Shown piece after piece: positions 45,805 to 54,652 of a stretch of 64,000 nucleotides of DNA (within the stretch, counting starts at the first letter, position 1; each line of letters starts with the position of its first letter). The stretch comes from Candidatus Woesearchaeota archaeon. GTDB lineage: Archaea > Nanobdellota > Nanobdellia > Pacearchaeales > GW2011-AR1. Location of the stretch: the NCBI GenBank assembly GCA_964545065.1, contig CAZJEO010000001.1, forward strand, positions 128,663 to 192,662, written 5' to 3'. The notes under the pieces are model-generated. The model saw only the letters and a list, made by a program, of their open reading frames with translations. It did not search any database and had not been told where the DNA came from. A program made the translations under genes and the position numbers.

Positions 45805-48618
45805 GCTAACACCATAAAGATTTGTAGCGTTTGAGATAATTTGGTCGTTGTGAGATATTATGATATATTGTCCTTTTTGCATGTATTTATTTAGGAGATT
45901 TGCAAGGCGTTCTGAGTTTCGCTTGTCCAGAGCTGCGTCAATTTCATCAAGTACATAAAAATAATATGGATTTAATTCTTGTATTGCAAAAATAAGTGAT
46001 AAAGCGACAAGGGTTTGTTCTCCTCCTGAAAGTGATTTGACATCAAAGTATTTTCCGTGTCCTGTTTTGACTGTTATGTTGATTCCTGCGACAAAAGGAT
46101 CTTTTCTATCTTCTATTTCAAGATATACTTGTCCTTTTTCACTTAATTGAGAAAAGATGCGAGAGAAGTTTTCATTGAGTGCTGTTAGTGTTTTGACAAA
46201 TGTCTTTTTCTTTTTTATATCAATTTCATGAATTATTTTCAAGATGCTCTCTTTTTCTTTTGCTATGATTTCTGTTTTCTCTTTTATTAAATCATATTCT
46301 TTTTTTACATGGTCATAAACCTCCAGAGAACGCATATTTACAGAACCGATTCGCGACATTATTTCTTGAGCTTTAGTTAGTTTTATTAAAAGTGCATCTT
46401 TTCCTGCTTTTATTATTTCAATGTTCGGGAAGCCGAGCATTTCTGTTTCAAGATTTTCCACTTCTGCATTAACTCTTGCTCTATCTATCTTTAAATTGTT
46501 CATTTGTTGTTCAATATTATAAATTGAATTTTTATTTGTAGAAAGAGTTGATTCACTTTCACGGATGTTTTTTTGTAGGGCGTCTCTTTCTGAAATTAAT
46601 TTCTGGAACTTCTTAATAAGCTCTTGCTCTTGTGCTTTCTTTTTTTCAAGTGATTCTTCTTTTTCGTTCATTTCGCTATTTAGCGCTTTAAGTTCTTGAA
46701 TTAAATCTTCTTCTTCTCTATTTAATTGCTTCAAGGAAATCTTTGAACGGTCAAATTCTCTTTGCTTAAATGAAATTTCTGAATTAATGTTTTCTTTTGT
46801 TCTCAAGGAAATCTCTTGAATCTCTATACGCGCTGTTTCATATTTCTGTTCTATGTTTGAAGTCTCATCAAAGTTTATCTCAAGGTTCTTTTTTCTTTTT
46901 GATAATTCTGTAAGTTCTCCTTTCAATATATCTATTTTTTCCTGAAGAGCTTTAATCTGATTTTTCTTTTCGTCTATGTTTAAAAGATTGATCAAATCTA
47001 ACTCTCTTTTTGAAACTTCTGAAGTGATTTGTTCTACTTGTTCTTTTATGATATCTCTTTGAGAATACAACTCGCTCAATTTTTTATCTGAATCCTCTAT
47101 CTCTTGTTTTAGATTTTCAATTTTTGGCAGTGTTTCTTTATGGATTGATTCAATATGTCCAGAAGTTATTTTACTTTTACAAATAGGGCAAACATCCATC
47201 TTAGCTATTTTTTCAATTAATTTGTTTTGTTTGTCGATTTCATATTCGTTTGCCGCAGAAATTTTTTCCATCTGAATTTCTTTTTTAGCCAGTGAATCCA
47301 AAAGGTCTTTTCTTTCTGCCAGCGAAACCTTTAGAGAGTGGAGTTTTTCTTCATTAGTGTTTCTATCAAATAAATCTTTTGAAAAAGACCTTATTTGCTT
47401 TAGAAGAAATTCTGATTCATTTGTATAATTTTGTAAGAGAATAGTTTTGTCGCTGATTCGTTCTTTGATTGATTTGAATTCTGATTTTATTGTATAGAAC
47501 TTTTTTCTTTGATCTTCTAATTCCTCTAGCTGTTTTTTCTTGTCTTCGATTTGCTTCTGGGTTTTTGAAGTGCTGGGGGAACTATTTAATTCTTTTATTG
47601 CTAATTCATTCTCATTTAAGGTTTGTGAGAACTCTTGTTTTTGCCTAGAGATTTCTGTAAGTTTTGATTCATAATTTTCAATTCTTACATTTATTCCTGC
47701 GAGTTCTGCTCTTATGTTTGCTATTTCCTGGTTGAGTTTTTCTTGTTCTAAGCCAGTTGATTTTTGGATTGTAGAATTTATTGAATTTATTTTTGATTCT
47801 GTTGTATCAATGGTAGTTTGTATTCCAAGATTTGTTTTTTTTATTTTTTCTATATTCTTGTTCTTTTTTGCTATTTCTTCTTCTATGGAAAGCGACTCTT
47901 TTTTCTTTTTGACTAAATCGTGGTAGATTATGCTTGCCTTATATCTCTTGATATCTTTTTCAAGTTTTTTGAATCTCAAGGCTTGCTGTCGTTCTTTTTC
48001 TAAATTATTCAAATAGCTTGTCCGTTCTCGTAAAATCGCAAGGGCTTCTTTTATTTTTTCTTCTGTTTTATCTAGTTCTTTTAGTGATCTTGTTTTACGG
48101 GTTTCATAGATTGCAATTCCTGAAACTTCTTCGATTATTTTTCTTCGTTCTTCTGACTGCATTCTTACTAAATTTTGGATTTCTCCCTGAAGGATTATGT
48201 TAAACCCATTAGGGTCTATACCTGCTTGAGCTAATAATGCCAAAACTTCTTGCCGTGTTTTTGTTTCTCCATTGATCTTGTAAATGCTCTGGCCATTTCT
48301 TCTTACGATTCTTTTTATTGAGATTTCGTTTTGGTCTATTGAAAAGGTTTTATCAGAATTGTCAAATGTCATTTCAACTGCTGCTTCTTTTGCTGGAGAG
48401 GCGGCTTTTGTTCCTAGGAAGATTAGGTTTTTTGCTTTGGCTGCCCGCATTGACTTTATGCTCAGTCTCCCCAACACAAAACACAGGGCATCTGAGATAT
48501 TGCTTTTTCCGTTTCCGTTTGGACCGAGGATGACATTTATTCCTGGTGTGAAAGGCACTTCTGTTTTTTTTACAAAGCTCTTGAATCCGTGCATCACTAA
48601 TCTTTTTATGTGGGTCAT
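45763..48618 (-). CDS. smc: SMC-family chromosome segregation ATPase
   Basis: N-terminal Walker A GPNGNGKSNISDAL. Long coiled coils. C-terminal LSGGEQTLVALSLIFAIQ...VLDEIDAALD. Confidence 0.85.
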   Translation of the reverse strand: MTHIKRLVMHGFKSFVKKTEVPFTPGINVILGPNGNGKSNISDALCFVLGRLSIKSMRAAKAKNLIFLGTKAASPAKEAAVEMTFDNSDKTFSIDQNEISIKRIVRRNGQSIYKINGETKTRQEVLALLAQAGIDPNGFNIILQGEIQNLVRMQSEERRKIIEEVSGIAIYETRKTRSLKELDKTEEKIKEALAILRERTSYLNNLEKERQQALRFKKLEKDIKRYKASIIYHDLVKKKKESLSIEEEIAKKNKNIEKIKKTNLGIQTTIDTTESKINSINSTIQKSTGLEQEKLNQEIANIRAELAGINVRIENYESKLTEISRQKQEFSQTLNENELAIKELNSSPSTSKTQKQIEDKKKQLEELEDQRKKFYTIKSEFKSIKERISDKTILLQNYTNESEFLLKQIRSFSKDLFDRNTNEEKLHSLKVSLAERKDLLDSLAKKEIQMEKISAANEYEIDKQNKLIEKIAKMDVCPICKSKITSGHIESIHKETLPKIENLKQEIEDSDKKLSELYSQRDIIKEQVEQITSEVSKRELDLINLLNIDEKKNQIKALQEKIDILKGELTELSKRKKNLEINFDETSNIEQKYETARIEIQEISLRTKENINSEISFKQREFDRSKISLKQLNREEEDLIQELKALNSEMNEKEESLEKKKAQEQELIKKFQKLISERDALQKNIRESESTLSTNKNSIYNIEQQMNNLKIDRARVNAEVENLETEMLGFPNIEIIKAGKDALLIKLTKAQEIMSRIGSVNMRSLEVYDHVKKEYDLIKEKTEIIAKEKESILKIIHEIDIKKKKTFVKTLTALNENFSRIFSQLSEKGQVYLEIEDRKDPFVAGINITVKTGHGKYFDVKSLSGGEQTLVALSLIFAIQELNPYYFYVLDEIDAALDKRNSERLANLLNKYMQKGQYIIISHNDQIISNATNLYGVSMHDGISKIVSLKV

Positions 48619-48663
48619 TAGTAAAAGAAAGAAAGGAGATTTTTAAAGTTTTATCGGATTTGA

Positions 48664-49332
48664 TTAAGAAAATAATTTTCTCTGCTTGTTTGCTGAAATT
48701 GCTCGTTTCCATGTTGACCATGTTTTTCTGAATATGCCTTTGTCTTCATATTTATGGGCGTGTTTTTCAAGAAATTTACAAGTTAAGGGGTCAGAGCAAT
48801 AACCAGAGCCAATGCTTTCGCCGTAAACTTTTTTTAATTTTGTCATTTCTTTTTCTCTTAAACACTTTGCTAAGATTGACGCAGCTGAAACAACTACATG
48901 ATTTTTATCTGCTTTGTGTTCGCAGGAAATTTCTAAATTAGATAGATTTTTTATTTTGGTTTTTAATAAGTCTTGCCATTTTTCTATACTGACTGAAGGA
49001 CAATCGATGACTACTTTTATTTTTTTAAAACCGCGGTTTATTTTGTTGATTATTTCTGCAGTTTTTATTGCCTCTAACTCATTTAGATTAATTCCATCAT
49101 GATTTGTTTGGTCGATTTCTTTTGGAAATGCCAAGGCCACTTCGAAAGTTTCTGCCTTTTCTTTTATTTTTTCAGAAAGAAATTCTCGTCTTTTTTGAGT
49201 TAATTGCTTGCTGTCTTTAATTCCTAATTTTTTGAATTCTTTTTCTGTTTTTTCATCTATTAAACAACCTGCGAGAATCATTGGTCCAATAACTGGACCG
49301 CGTCCTGCATCATCAATTCCTAGTGTTAACAT
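48664..49332 (-). CDS. rnhB: ribonuclease HII
   Basis: LGIDDAGRGPVIGPM catalytic motif. Likely start is the ATG at 49332 within the longer track ORF. Confidence 0.85.
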   Translation of the reverse strand: MLTLGIDDAGRGPVIGPMILAGCLIDEKTEKEFKKLGIKDSKQLTQKRREFLSEKIKEKAETFEVALAFPKEIDQTNHDGINLNELEAIKTAEIINKINRGFKKIKVVIDCPSVSIEKWQDLLKTKIKNLSNLEISCEHKADKNHVVVSAASILAKCLREKEMTKLKKVYGESIGSGYCSDPLTCKFLEKHAHKYEDKGIFRKTWSTWKRAISANKQRKLFS

Positions 49333-49437
49333 CGGGAACCTCCAGCGGGTTCTTCGCAACTCCAGCTACCCAGCAGGAAGCTGACGAATTTAATTTCAAA
49401 CATTAAGATAAAAAATCAGAGAGGTTTTTAAGGTTTG

Positions 49438-49743
49438 CTAGAATTTGTACAAATATTTTTTCACATTTTGAACTTTTCCGAATTTTATAGGAATTCCTTC
49501 TTTTTTTAAGAACGCTATTTTATTTTTTGTTCCAGAAGCAAAACCTCCGACTTCTCCATTTGAATTTATGACCCTATGACATGGCACTTGTGGGGCGTAG
49601 GGGTTTTTGTTCATTGCTGTTCCTACGGCTTGATATGCTTTTGTGTTTAGTGCTTGAGCAAGAGCTTTGTAGGTTGTGATTTTTCCTTTTGGAACTTGCC
49701 TTAACAAGGCGTAACATTTTTCTGAGAATGATTTTTGTGGCAT
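49438..49743 (-). CDS. ogt: methylated-DNA-protein-cysteine methyltransferase-like protein (C-terminal domain only)
   Basis: PCHRVINSNG active-site motif. ATG at 49743-49741 gives 101 aa (the track's longer ORF uses a GTG start). Confidence 0.7.
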   Translation of the reverse strand: MPQKSFSEKCYALLRQVPKGKITTYKALAQALNTKAYQAVGTAMNKNPYAPQVPCHRVINSNGEVGGFASGTKNKIAFLKKEGIPIKFGKVQNVKKYLYKF

Positions 49744-49895
49744 TTTGAAAATAGCGGGGGCTGCTCGAGCCCACACTCAGAGTTATTAATTGTAATTTTC
49801 TCTCTTCGTGTAAACTCTTCCCAAGGGATGACCCAAGAAGGGCCTCGGAATTTGAGTTCAAATCCCTTATTGATTTCATTTTAAAAATAGCGGGG
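49741..49895. mobile_element. mini-element copy C between tRNA-iMet and ogt: a 21-nt direct duplication (tRNA 3' end plus ogt start) flanking a 113-nt insert with the TCCCAAGGGATGACC core
   Basis: CATTTTGAAAATAGCGGGGGC at 49741-49761 and CATTTTAAAAATAGCGGGGGC at 49875-49895. Core at 49819-49833. Also contains GCCCACACTC, CGTGTAAACTCT and a T-loop-like GTTCAAATCCC. Confidence 0.65.
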
Positions 49896-49963
49896 GCGGG
49901 ATTTGAACCACGCGACCTCCGGGTTATGGGCCCGACGAGCACTCCAGACTGCTCCACCCCGCT
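49889..49963 (-). tRNA. tRNA-Met (CAT), initiator-like (A1:U72, AGCGGGG start)
   Basis: Reverse complement reads AGCGGGGTGGAGC...TCGGGCCCATAACCCGG...TTCAAATCCCGCCCCCGCT. Anticodon loop CCCATAA. Confidence 0.75.
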
Positions 49964-50047
49964 AATAATTGGTGTGTCAGATGACTTTTAAAGTTTTCTT
50001 AATCAAATAATAAAGCTTATAAGTTTAAGATTATATTCTAAAAGTAT

Positions 50048-50129
50048 GCCCAGATGGCGGAGTGGTTAACGCACTAGATTGCTAATCTAGACCCTTCGGG
50101 GTGCGTAGGTTCGAATCCTGCTCTGGGCG
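50048..50129 (+). tRNA. tRNA-Ser (anticodon GCT), type II with long variable arm
   Basis: Acceptor GCCCAGA/TCTGGGC. Anticodon stem-loop CTAGA-TTGCTAA-TCTAG. Variable arm CCCTTCGGGGTGC. T-arm GTAGGTTCGAATCCTGC. Confidence 0.8.
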
Positions 50130-50138
50130 TATATTAAA

Positions 50139-50705
50139 ATGAAATTCATTATTATTCACGGATGTCCTTCAAATGCAGAGAAAGCTATGAGCCCTGAAAC
50201 AAGGACTTATGATAAACATTGGATTCCTTGGACTAAAAGAGAATTGTCTTCAAAAGGAATTGAAGTAGAAACACCCCTTATGCCTGAACCTTGGAAACCA
50301 GATTATAATAAATTTAAAGAGGAATTTGAAAAATATAGTGTTGGAGAAGATAGTGTATTAATTGGTCATAGTTGTGGATGTTCTTTTTTAGTTAGATGGC
50401 TTGGAGAAACAAAACAAAAAATAAATAAATTGATTCTTGTGGCACCGTGGAAAATTGAAGAAGGGGCTAGTGAATCTAAAAAAGCATTTTATGAATTCTC
50501 GATTGATACAACTATCAAAGATAGAGTTAAAGAAATCACAATGTTTACTGCTAATGATGAAGATGAAGATGGGAAGAAAGGTTTGAAAATGTTTCACGAA
50601 GCTTTTGGAGGGAAAATTATTGAACTTCAAGGAAGAGGACATTACACACTGGGGGACATGGGAACAGAAGAGTTTCCCGAATTAATCAAAGAAGCAACCC
50701 AATAA
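50139..50705 (+). CDS. small alpha/beta serine hydrolase (RBBP9/YdeN-like)
   Basis: IIIHGCPS near the N-terminus and LIGHSCGCSF (GxSxG nucleophile elbow). 188 aa. Confidence 0.6.
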   Translation: MKFIIIHGCPSNAEKAMSPETRTYDKHWIPWTKRELSSKGIEVETPLMPEPWKPDYNKFKEEFEKYSVGEDSVLIGHSCGCSFLVRWLGETKQKINKLILVAPWKIEEGASESKKAFYEFSIDTTIKDRVKEITMFTANDEDEDGKKGLKMFHEAFGGKIIELQGRGHYTLGDMGTEEFPELIKEATQ

Positions 50706-50735
50706 ATCAAACTTTAATATAAAATTATATATAAT

Positions 50736-50822
50736 ATTGCTAATCTAGACCCTTCGGGGTGCCCACGGTTTCCCAAGGAGGGATGACCTCGCTTTGCTCA
50801 GCCTCGAATCCTGCTCTGGACG
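50736..50822 (+). pseudogene. partial tRNA-Ser copy (anticodon loop to 3' end) with mini-element copy D (41 nt, core TCCCAAGGAGGGATGACC) replacing the 5' T-stem
   Basis: ATTGCTAATCTAGACCCTTCGGGGTGC and TCGAATCCTGCTCTGGACG match the tRNA-Ser at 50048 (1 mismatch). The insert at 50763-50803 replaces GTAGGT. Confidence 0.65.
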
Positions 50823-50910
50823 TTTTTTTAATAATTCTCATTTAATTAAATTTATAAATAATAATTACTTATCATATTATATAAAAAAGAGTTGAAAGGG
50901 GGGTGATGAA

Positions 50911-51291
50911 ATGAAATTACAAGAGTTTGGGAAGTGGGCTTTTTTAGTTGGAATCGTTCTTTCCATAGCTTCAGCATTTACTGCTAATCAAATAGCACCT
51001 GCCACAATGACCTTATTCCTTTTCATAGTGGGTATGTTGGTAGGAATATTAAACGTAACTAAGAAAAATTCTATGACTTTCTTGATGGGAGTTTTAGTAT
51101 TGTTGATATTAGGTGTTGGAGGAATTAGTGCTCTAGCGAATATTTCCTGGTTAGGAATTTACACTCGTTTAGCATCTATGTTTGGTAGTTTCCTAACATT
51201 TGTTGGTGCTGCTGCATTGGTTATTGCTATAAGAGCTATAATTGATACTACTGAAAGTCCGAGAATAATTAGGAGGAAAAAGAAACGATAA
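50911..51291 (+). CDS. membrane protein, hypothetical
   Basis: 126 aa, about 4 TM helices. Confidence 0.4.
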   Translation: MKLQEFGKWAFLVGIVLSIASAFTANQIAPATMTLFLFIVGMLVGILNVTKKNSMTFLMGVLVLLILGVGGISALANISWLGIYTRLASMFGSFLTFVGAAALVIAIRAIIDTTESPRIIRRKKKR

Positions 51292-51311
51292 TTTTTTATT
51301 TTTATTTTTTA

Positions 51312-52145
51312 TTATTTTTCAATCTCAGTTGTTCTCTTATACCTAATATAATTTTTATCTAAAATTTCTAATAACGGTTTTCTTTGCTCTTCGTTGCCGA
51401 TTCCTTTCCAATCTAGAACTACGAAATCAACTTCTTCTTCTGTTTTGTTTATGGCTTCTTGAATCATTTCTTCTTTAAATGGTAAAACATATTTTGGAAT
51501 GATGTGAGAAAAAGCTATGTTTGAGTTTAGCTGGAGTTTGTTGAAGTTGGGGCAGTAGTGTGGGCCACCTATTCCTACGGCAACTTCATTGTAAGGGTTT
51601 TCCTTGAATTCTGTTATTGTATCTGAAATTGTTTTTGCAATTACAAATCCTGCTCGTCTGTCTTGCCATTCTGTTTCTGTTGAACCTATTTCTATGAATA
51701 CGCAAGGTTTGTTTATGAGCGGACCGTGATGGGTTGCTTCTAAAGTTATTTTGTAATCTTGCAACTCGTATTTTTCTGTATTTTCATTTAGTTTTTCAAA
51801 CATTTGTTTTTGGAATAAAGCAGAAGTCTTACAAGCTTTTTCGGGTTTTCCTCCCATCTCTGGTTTTGTTGATAACCAATTTCCAGGAGCATGGATTGAA
51901 AGTGATTTTTCTTTTTTTTCTGATTGGTGTTTTGAAGCAAAGATGATAAAATCATATTGATTTATTTTTTCTTGGTCGATTCCTTTGTCATCTATAATTT
52001 CTGTATCAATTAAGTAAAAATCAAATGAGGGAGAATCTTTCATTGCAGATATGACTGGGTTTTGTTGGAATTGTGAAAGCTGTGTTGTAATATTTGTTCC
52101 TGCCAAATCTTTTTTACTGGCTACTATGAGATATTTTTTATACAT
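51312..52145 (-). CDS. dtdA: archaeal-type D-aminoacyl-tRNA deacylase (DTD2 family)
   Basis: N-terminus LIVASKKDLAGTNI. EATHHGP and GGPHY motifs. About 275 aa. Confidence 0.6.
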   Translation of the reverse strand: MYKKYLIVASKKDLAGTNITTQLSQFQQNPVISAMKDSPSFDFYLIDTEIIDDKGIDQEKINQYDFIIFASKHQSEKKEKSLSIHAPGNWLSTKPEMGGKPEKACKTSALFQKQMFEKLNENTEKYELQDYKITLEATHHGPLINKPCVFIEIGSTETEWQDRRAGFVIAKTISDTITEFKENPYNEVAVGIGGPHYCPNFNKLQLNSNIAFSHIIPKYVLPFKEEMIQEAINKTEEEVDFVVLDWKGIGNEEQRKPLLEILDKNYIRYKRTTEIEK

Positions 52146-52203
52146 AATTAAAGAATAAATATGGGGAATTTAAAGTTTTGGGAAGGAAAGATAAACTTTA
52201 TAA

Positions 52204-52854
52204 ATGGCTTATTTTTGCAAGAGTATGCTAAAAGAATGTTATGAAAGAACAATACCCGGAAAGCTATTTAAACAGTTGAGACTCTCTGAAAAACTTAGAG
52301 ATATATTAATATTTGGTTGTGGATATGATCCCTTACCTAGATTTTTAGCAGCTTATACTAGAGATTTTCATATTGATTCAAGTATTCTTGGTTATGATAA
52401 GGATAGAGTTAAAATTGGGCAACATCTTGATTATGAAAGAAATGAATTTCCTAATTTAAGCTTTAGTTTTGAAATTCCTAAACGACAGTTTGAAACTGTG
52501 CTTGCAATAAATGTATTACACGAAAATCCAGAGAGATTATGTGAAGAGGTTAAAGATTTTACTCTGCCTGGAGGATTCATTGGAGTTTTGGATTATGATA
52601 TGAAAGAATATTCTAAATCTAGGGTAGATTTTTTTCAGAGATGGGGAAGACAGATTGATGAAAAAACAGAAAGAGAAAAAATAGGAAATGATGAAGCTTT
52701 TGCGATGCACACAAAATTTGGTCTAGAAGATTGCATAAAAATCTTTAATTCTCTCGGAACTGAAAAGGTAGCTTCAGAAGGCAAGATTAAAAGAACAGTT
52801 CGAGGAGATGTACTTCCCACTGAGCATTTTATATATGTTGGTAGAAAAGATTAA
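52204..52854 (+). CDS. putative SAM-dependent methyltransferase-like protein
   Basis: ILIFGCGYD (motif I-like) and VLAINVLHE (motif II-like). Confidence 0.4.
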   Translation: MAYFCKSMLKECYERTIPGKLFKQLRLSEKLRDILIFGCGYDPLPRFLAAYTRDFHIDSSILGYDKDRVKIGQHLDYERNEFPNLSFSFEIPKRQFETVLAINVLHENPERLCEEVKDFTLPGGFIGVLDYDMKEYSKSRVDFFQRWGRQIDEKTEREKIGNDEAFAMHTKFGLEDCIKIFNSLGTEKVASEGKIKRTVRGDVLPTEHFIYVGRKD

Positions 52855-52865
52855 TTACGAAATTC

Positions 52866-53378
52866 TTATCTCTTTATTTCTTTACCATCTTTTATTAATG
52901 TTGACGGTTTCCCATTTAGTTCTCCTCTATCTATGATGATATCTGCTTTCTCTAAAATTTGCTTTGGAATTTCTTTTATAGTTGTTGCAAAAGCCTCTCC
53001 TGCAAGATTAACAGAAGTTGTTATAAACGGAACTCCAGATTGTTCTACTTGTTTTGAAAAATCGCAATCAGGAATTCTTATTCCGATGAATTCTGTGGGA
53101 GAAATATGATTGAGAAAATTTGGATTTTTCTTTTTGAGAATTAAAGTGTATGGTCCTGGAAGATATTTATCTAATTCTACATCAACCATACAATTCTTTT
53201 TTATCCATTCTTTGCTTGGAGCAATTATTGAAAGAGGTTTGTCTCTATCTCTTGCTTTTATTTGTTTTATTTTCTCAACTGCTTGTTTATCTTCTGCATT
53301 ACATCCTATGCCATAAAGAGTATCTGTTGGGTAGATGAATATTTTTCCTGTAAGGATGGATTTGGTGTGGTTTTCCAT
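52866..53378 (-). CDS. tsaC: L-threonylcarbamoyladenylate synthase (YrdC/Sua5 domain)
   Basis: IFIYPTDTLYGIGCNA...DKPLSII YrdC signature. Confidence 0.75.
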   Translation of the reverse strand: MENHTKSILTGKIFIYPTDTLYGIGCNAEDKQAVEKIKQIKARDRDKPLSIIAPSKEWIKKNCMVDVELDKYLPGPYTLILKKKNPNFLNHISPTEFIGIRIPDCDFSKQVEQSGVPFITTSVNLAGEAFATTIKEIPKQILEKADIIIDRGELNGKPSTLIKDGKEIKR

Positions 53379-53452
53379 ATTAGAGTGAAGAAAAGAGGAG
53401 TTAAAAAAATTTGTGTTGAAAAGATTACCATAAGGTTTATTAAGGAGTTTGA

Positions 53453-53692
53453 GTGATTTGGTTCATGGCAGAGATAGAAAATATTTTATCTGACGCTGGA
53501 ATTCGTGCTGGAATTTTGGCAGGAATTACATTTGTTGTAGCAGGTTGTGATATTACATCAAAAGCCAAAGAAGAGTATCTAACACTAAGAAAGAAATATT
53601 TTAGTGGGAGAAGACCCCAAGAACCTTGTTTTTGGAATATTTTAGTGGATAGATTATGTCCTCGAGATAGATATAAAAAGTATGTGTTATAA
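53453..53692 (+). CDS. small hypothetical protein
   Basis: 79-aa ORF. Confidence 0.25.
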   Translation: MIWFMAEIENILSDAGIRAGILAGITFVVAGCDITSKAKEEYLTLRKKYFSGRRPQEPCFWNILVDRLCPRDRYKKYVL

Positions 53693-53700
53693 TTCAGGTT

Positions 53701-53940
53701 ATGCAAGAGGCGATAAAAATAGTTATTGGTGTTGTTCTTGTAATTCTTGGATTTCCAATAGGTAATTTGCTTGCTCGAATGACTAAAGAAGAGTTGAAAT
53801 CTGGGCAAAAATGGTTTAAGATTCTAATAATATTTAGTTTACTTGGAGGAATTGTGAGTTTGATTCTTGGGAAGGATGTTTTGCTCTTTAGTTTTTTATT
53901 TATAGCGATTGTTACTAGTAGAAGCTTGAAACATAGATGA
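53701..53940 (+). CDS. small membrane protein
   Basis: 79 aa, two TM helices. Confidence 0.3.
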   Translation: MQEAIKIVIGVVLVILGFPIGNLLARMTKEELKSGQKWFKILIIFSLLGGIVSLILGKDVLLFSFLFIAIVTSRSLKHR

Positions 53941-53974
53941 AAAGTCTTATAAAAGAGAAAATATCGTTAATAAT

Positions 53975-54646
53975 ATGGTAAATGTGGAACAAGCAGAAAG
54001 AAAAAGAATTTTGAATTTTGTGAGGGGTAGCTCTGTTTATCCTTTAGGTTATACAACAGAAGGAAATTTAGCGTTGAGGGAACAAACAAGTGGGGAGGAA
54101 TTATACACTAGTGATGTTAATTTTGCATTAGGAAACCCAGAAAAAGCATTTTTGGAAGCAGAAGAAGAACTTTATCCTGATAAATCATTAGTTCGGAAGA
54201 TTGTTGGAAGATGGCTAGAAAGACCGATGTACAATCAGGAGAGGAGAATTTTATCTTGGCAAGCAATAAGAAAATTTGCACAACCAAAATATCTTGAAGA
54301 TGGGAGAGTGAATGAGAATTACATTAATCTCGAGGAAGATAATGACACGACAAAAAGAATTCTAAACTCATGTGGAGCAAGAACATTAGAAATGTTCAAA
54401 AATGTTCAAAAATATATTCAGATAAGAGGAAATAAAAAAGGAGATTTGGTTTCTGAAATTGGGAAAAAGTATTTCAAAGAACTTCAAAAGGAATTGGCGC
54501 CTTATATTGACTCTATAAGGGTTTTGCAGGAACTTGAAAATCTAAGATTGATGGGGAGAAGAAGGATTCTATTAGAGGCTGTTAAAAAAATGGAAAATTC
54601 TAAATTAGTTAAAGAAGCAGAGGAAGCAGAATATTCTGGGTACTAA
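53975..54646 (+). CDS. hypothetical protein
   Basis: 223-aa ORF with no recognisable motif. Confidence 0.4.
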   Translation: MVNVEQAERKRILNFVRGSSVYPLGYTTEGNLALREQTSGEELYTSDVNFALGNPEKAFLEAEEELYPDKSLVRKIVGRWLERPMYNQERRILSWQAIRKFAQPKYLEDGRVNENYINLEEDNDTTKRILNSCGARTLEMFKNVQKYIQIRGNKKGDLVSEIGKKYFKELQKELAPYIDSIRVLQELENLRLMGRRRILLEAVKKMENSKLVKEAEEAEYSGY

Positions 54647-54652
54647 AATAAA

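Noticed and set aside
48374-48721. 115-aa minus-strand ORF overlapping the smc start and rnhB end
   Set aside because: It overlaps two well-supported genes and gives a basic low-complexity translation.
49574-49957. 127-aa minus-strand ORF overlapping ogt, mini-element C and tRNA-Met
   Set aside because: It runs through a tRNA gene and the repeat element. The real ogt reading frame gives the PCHRV active site instead.
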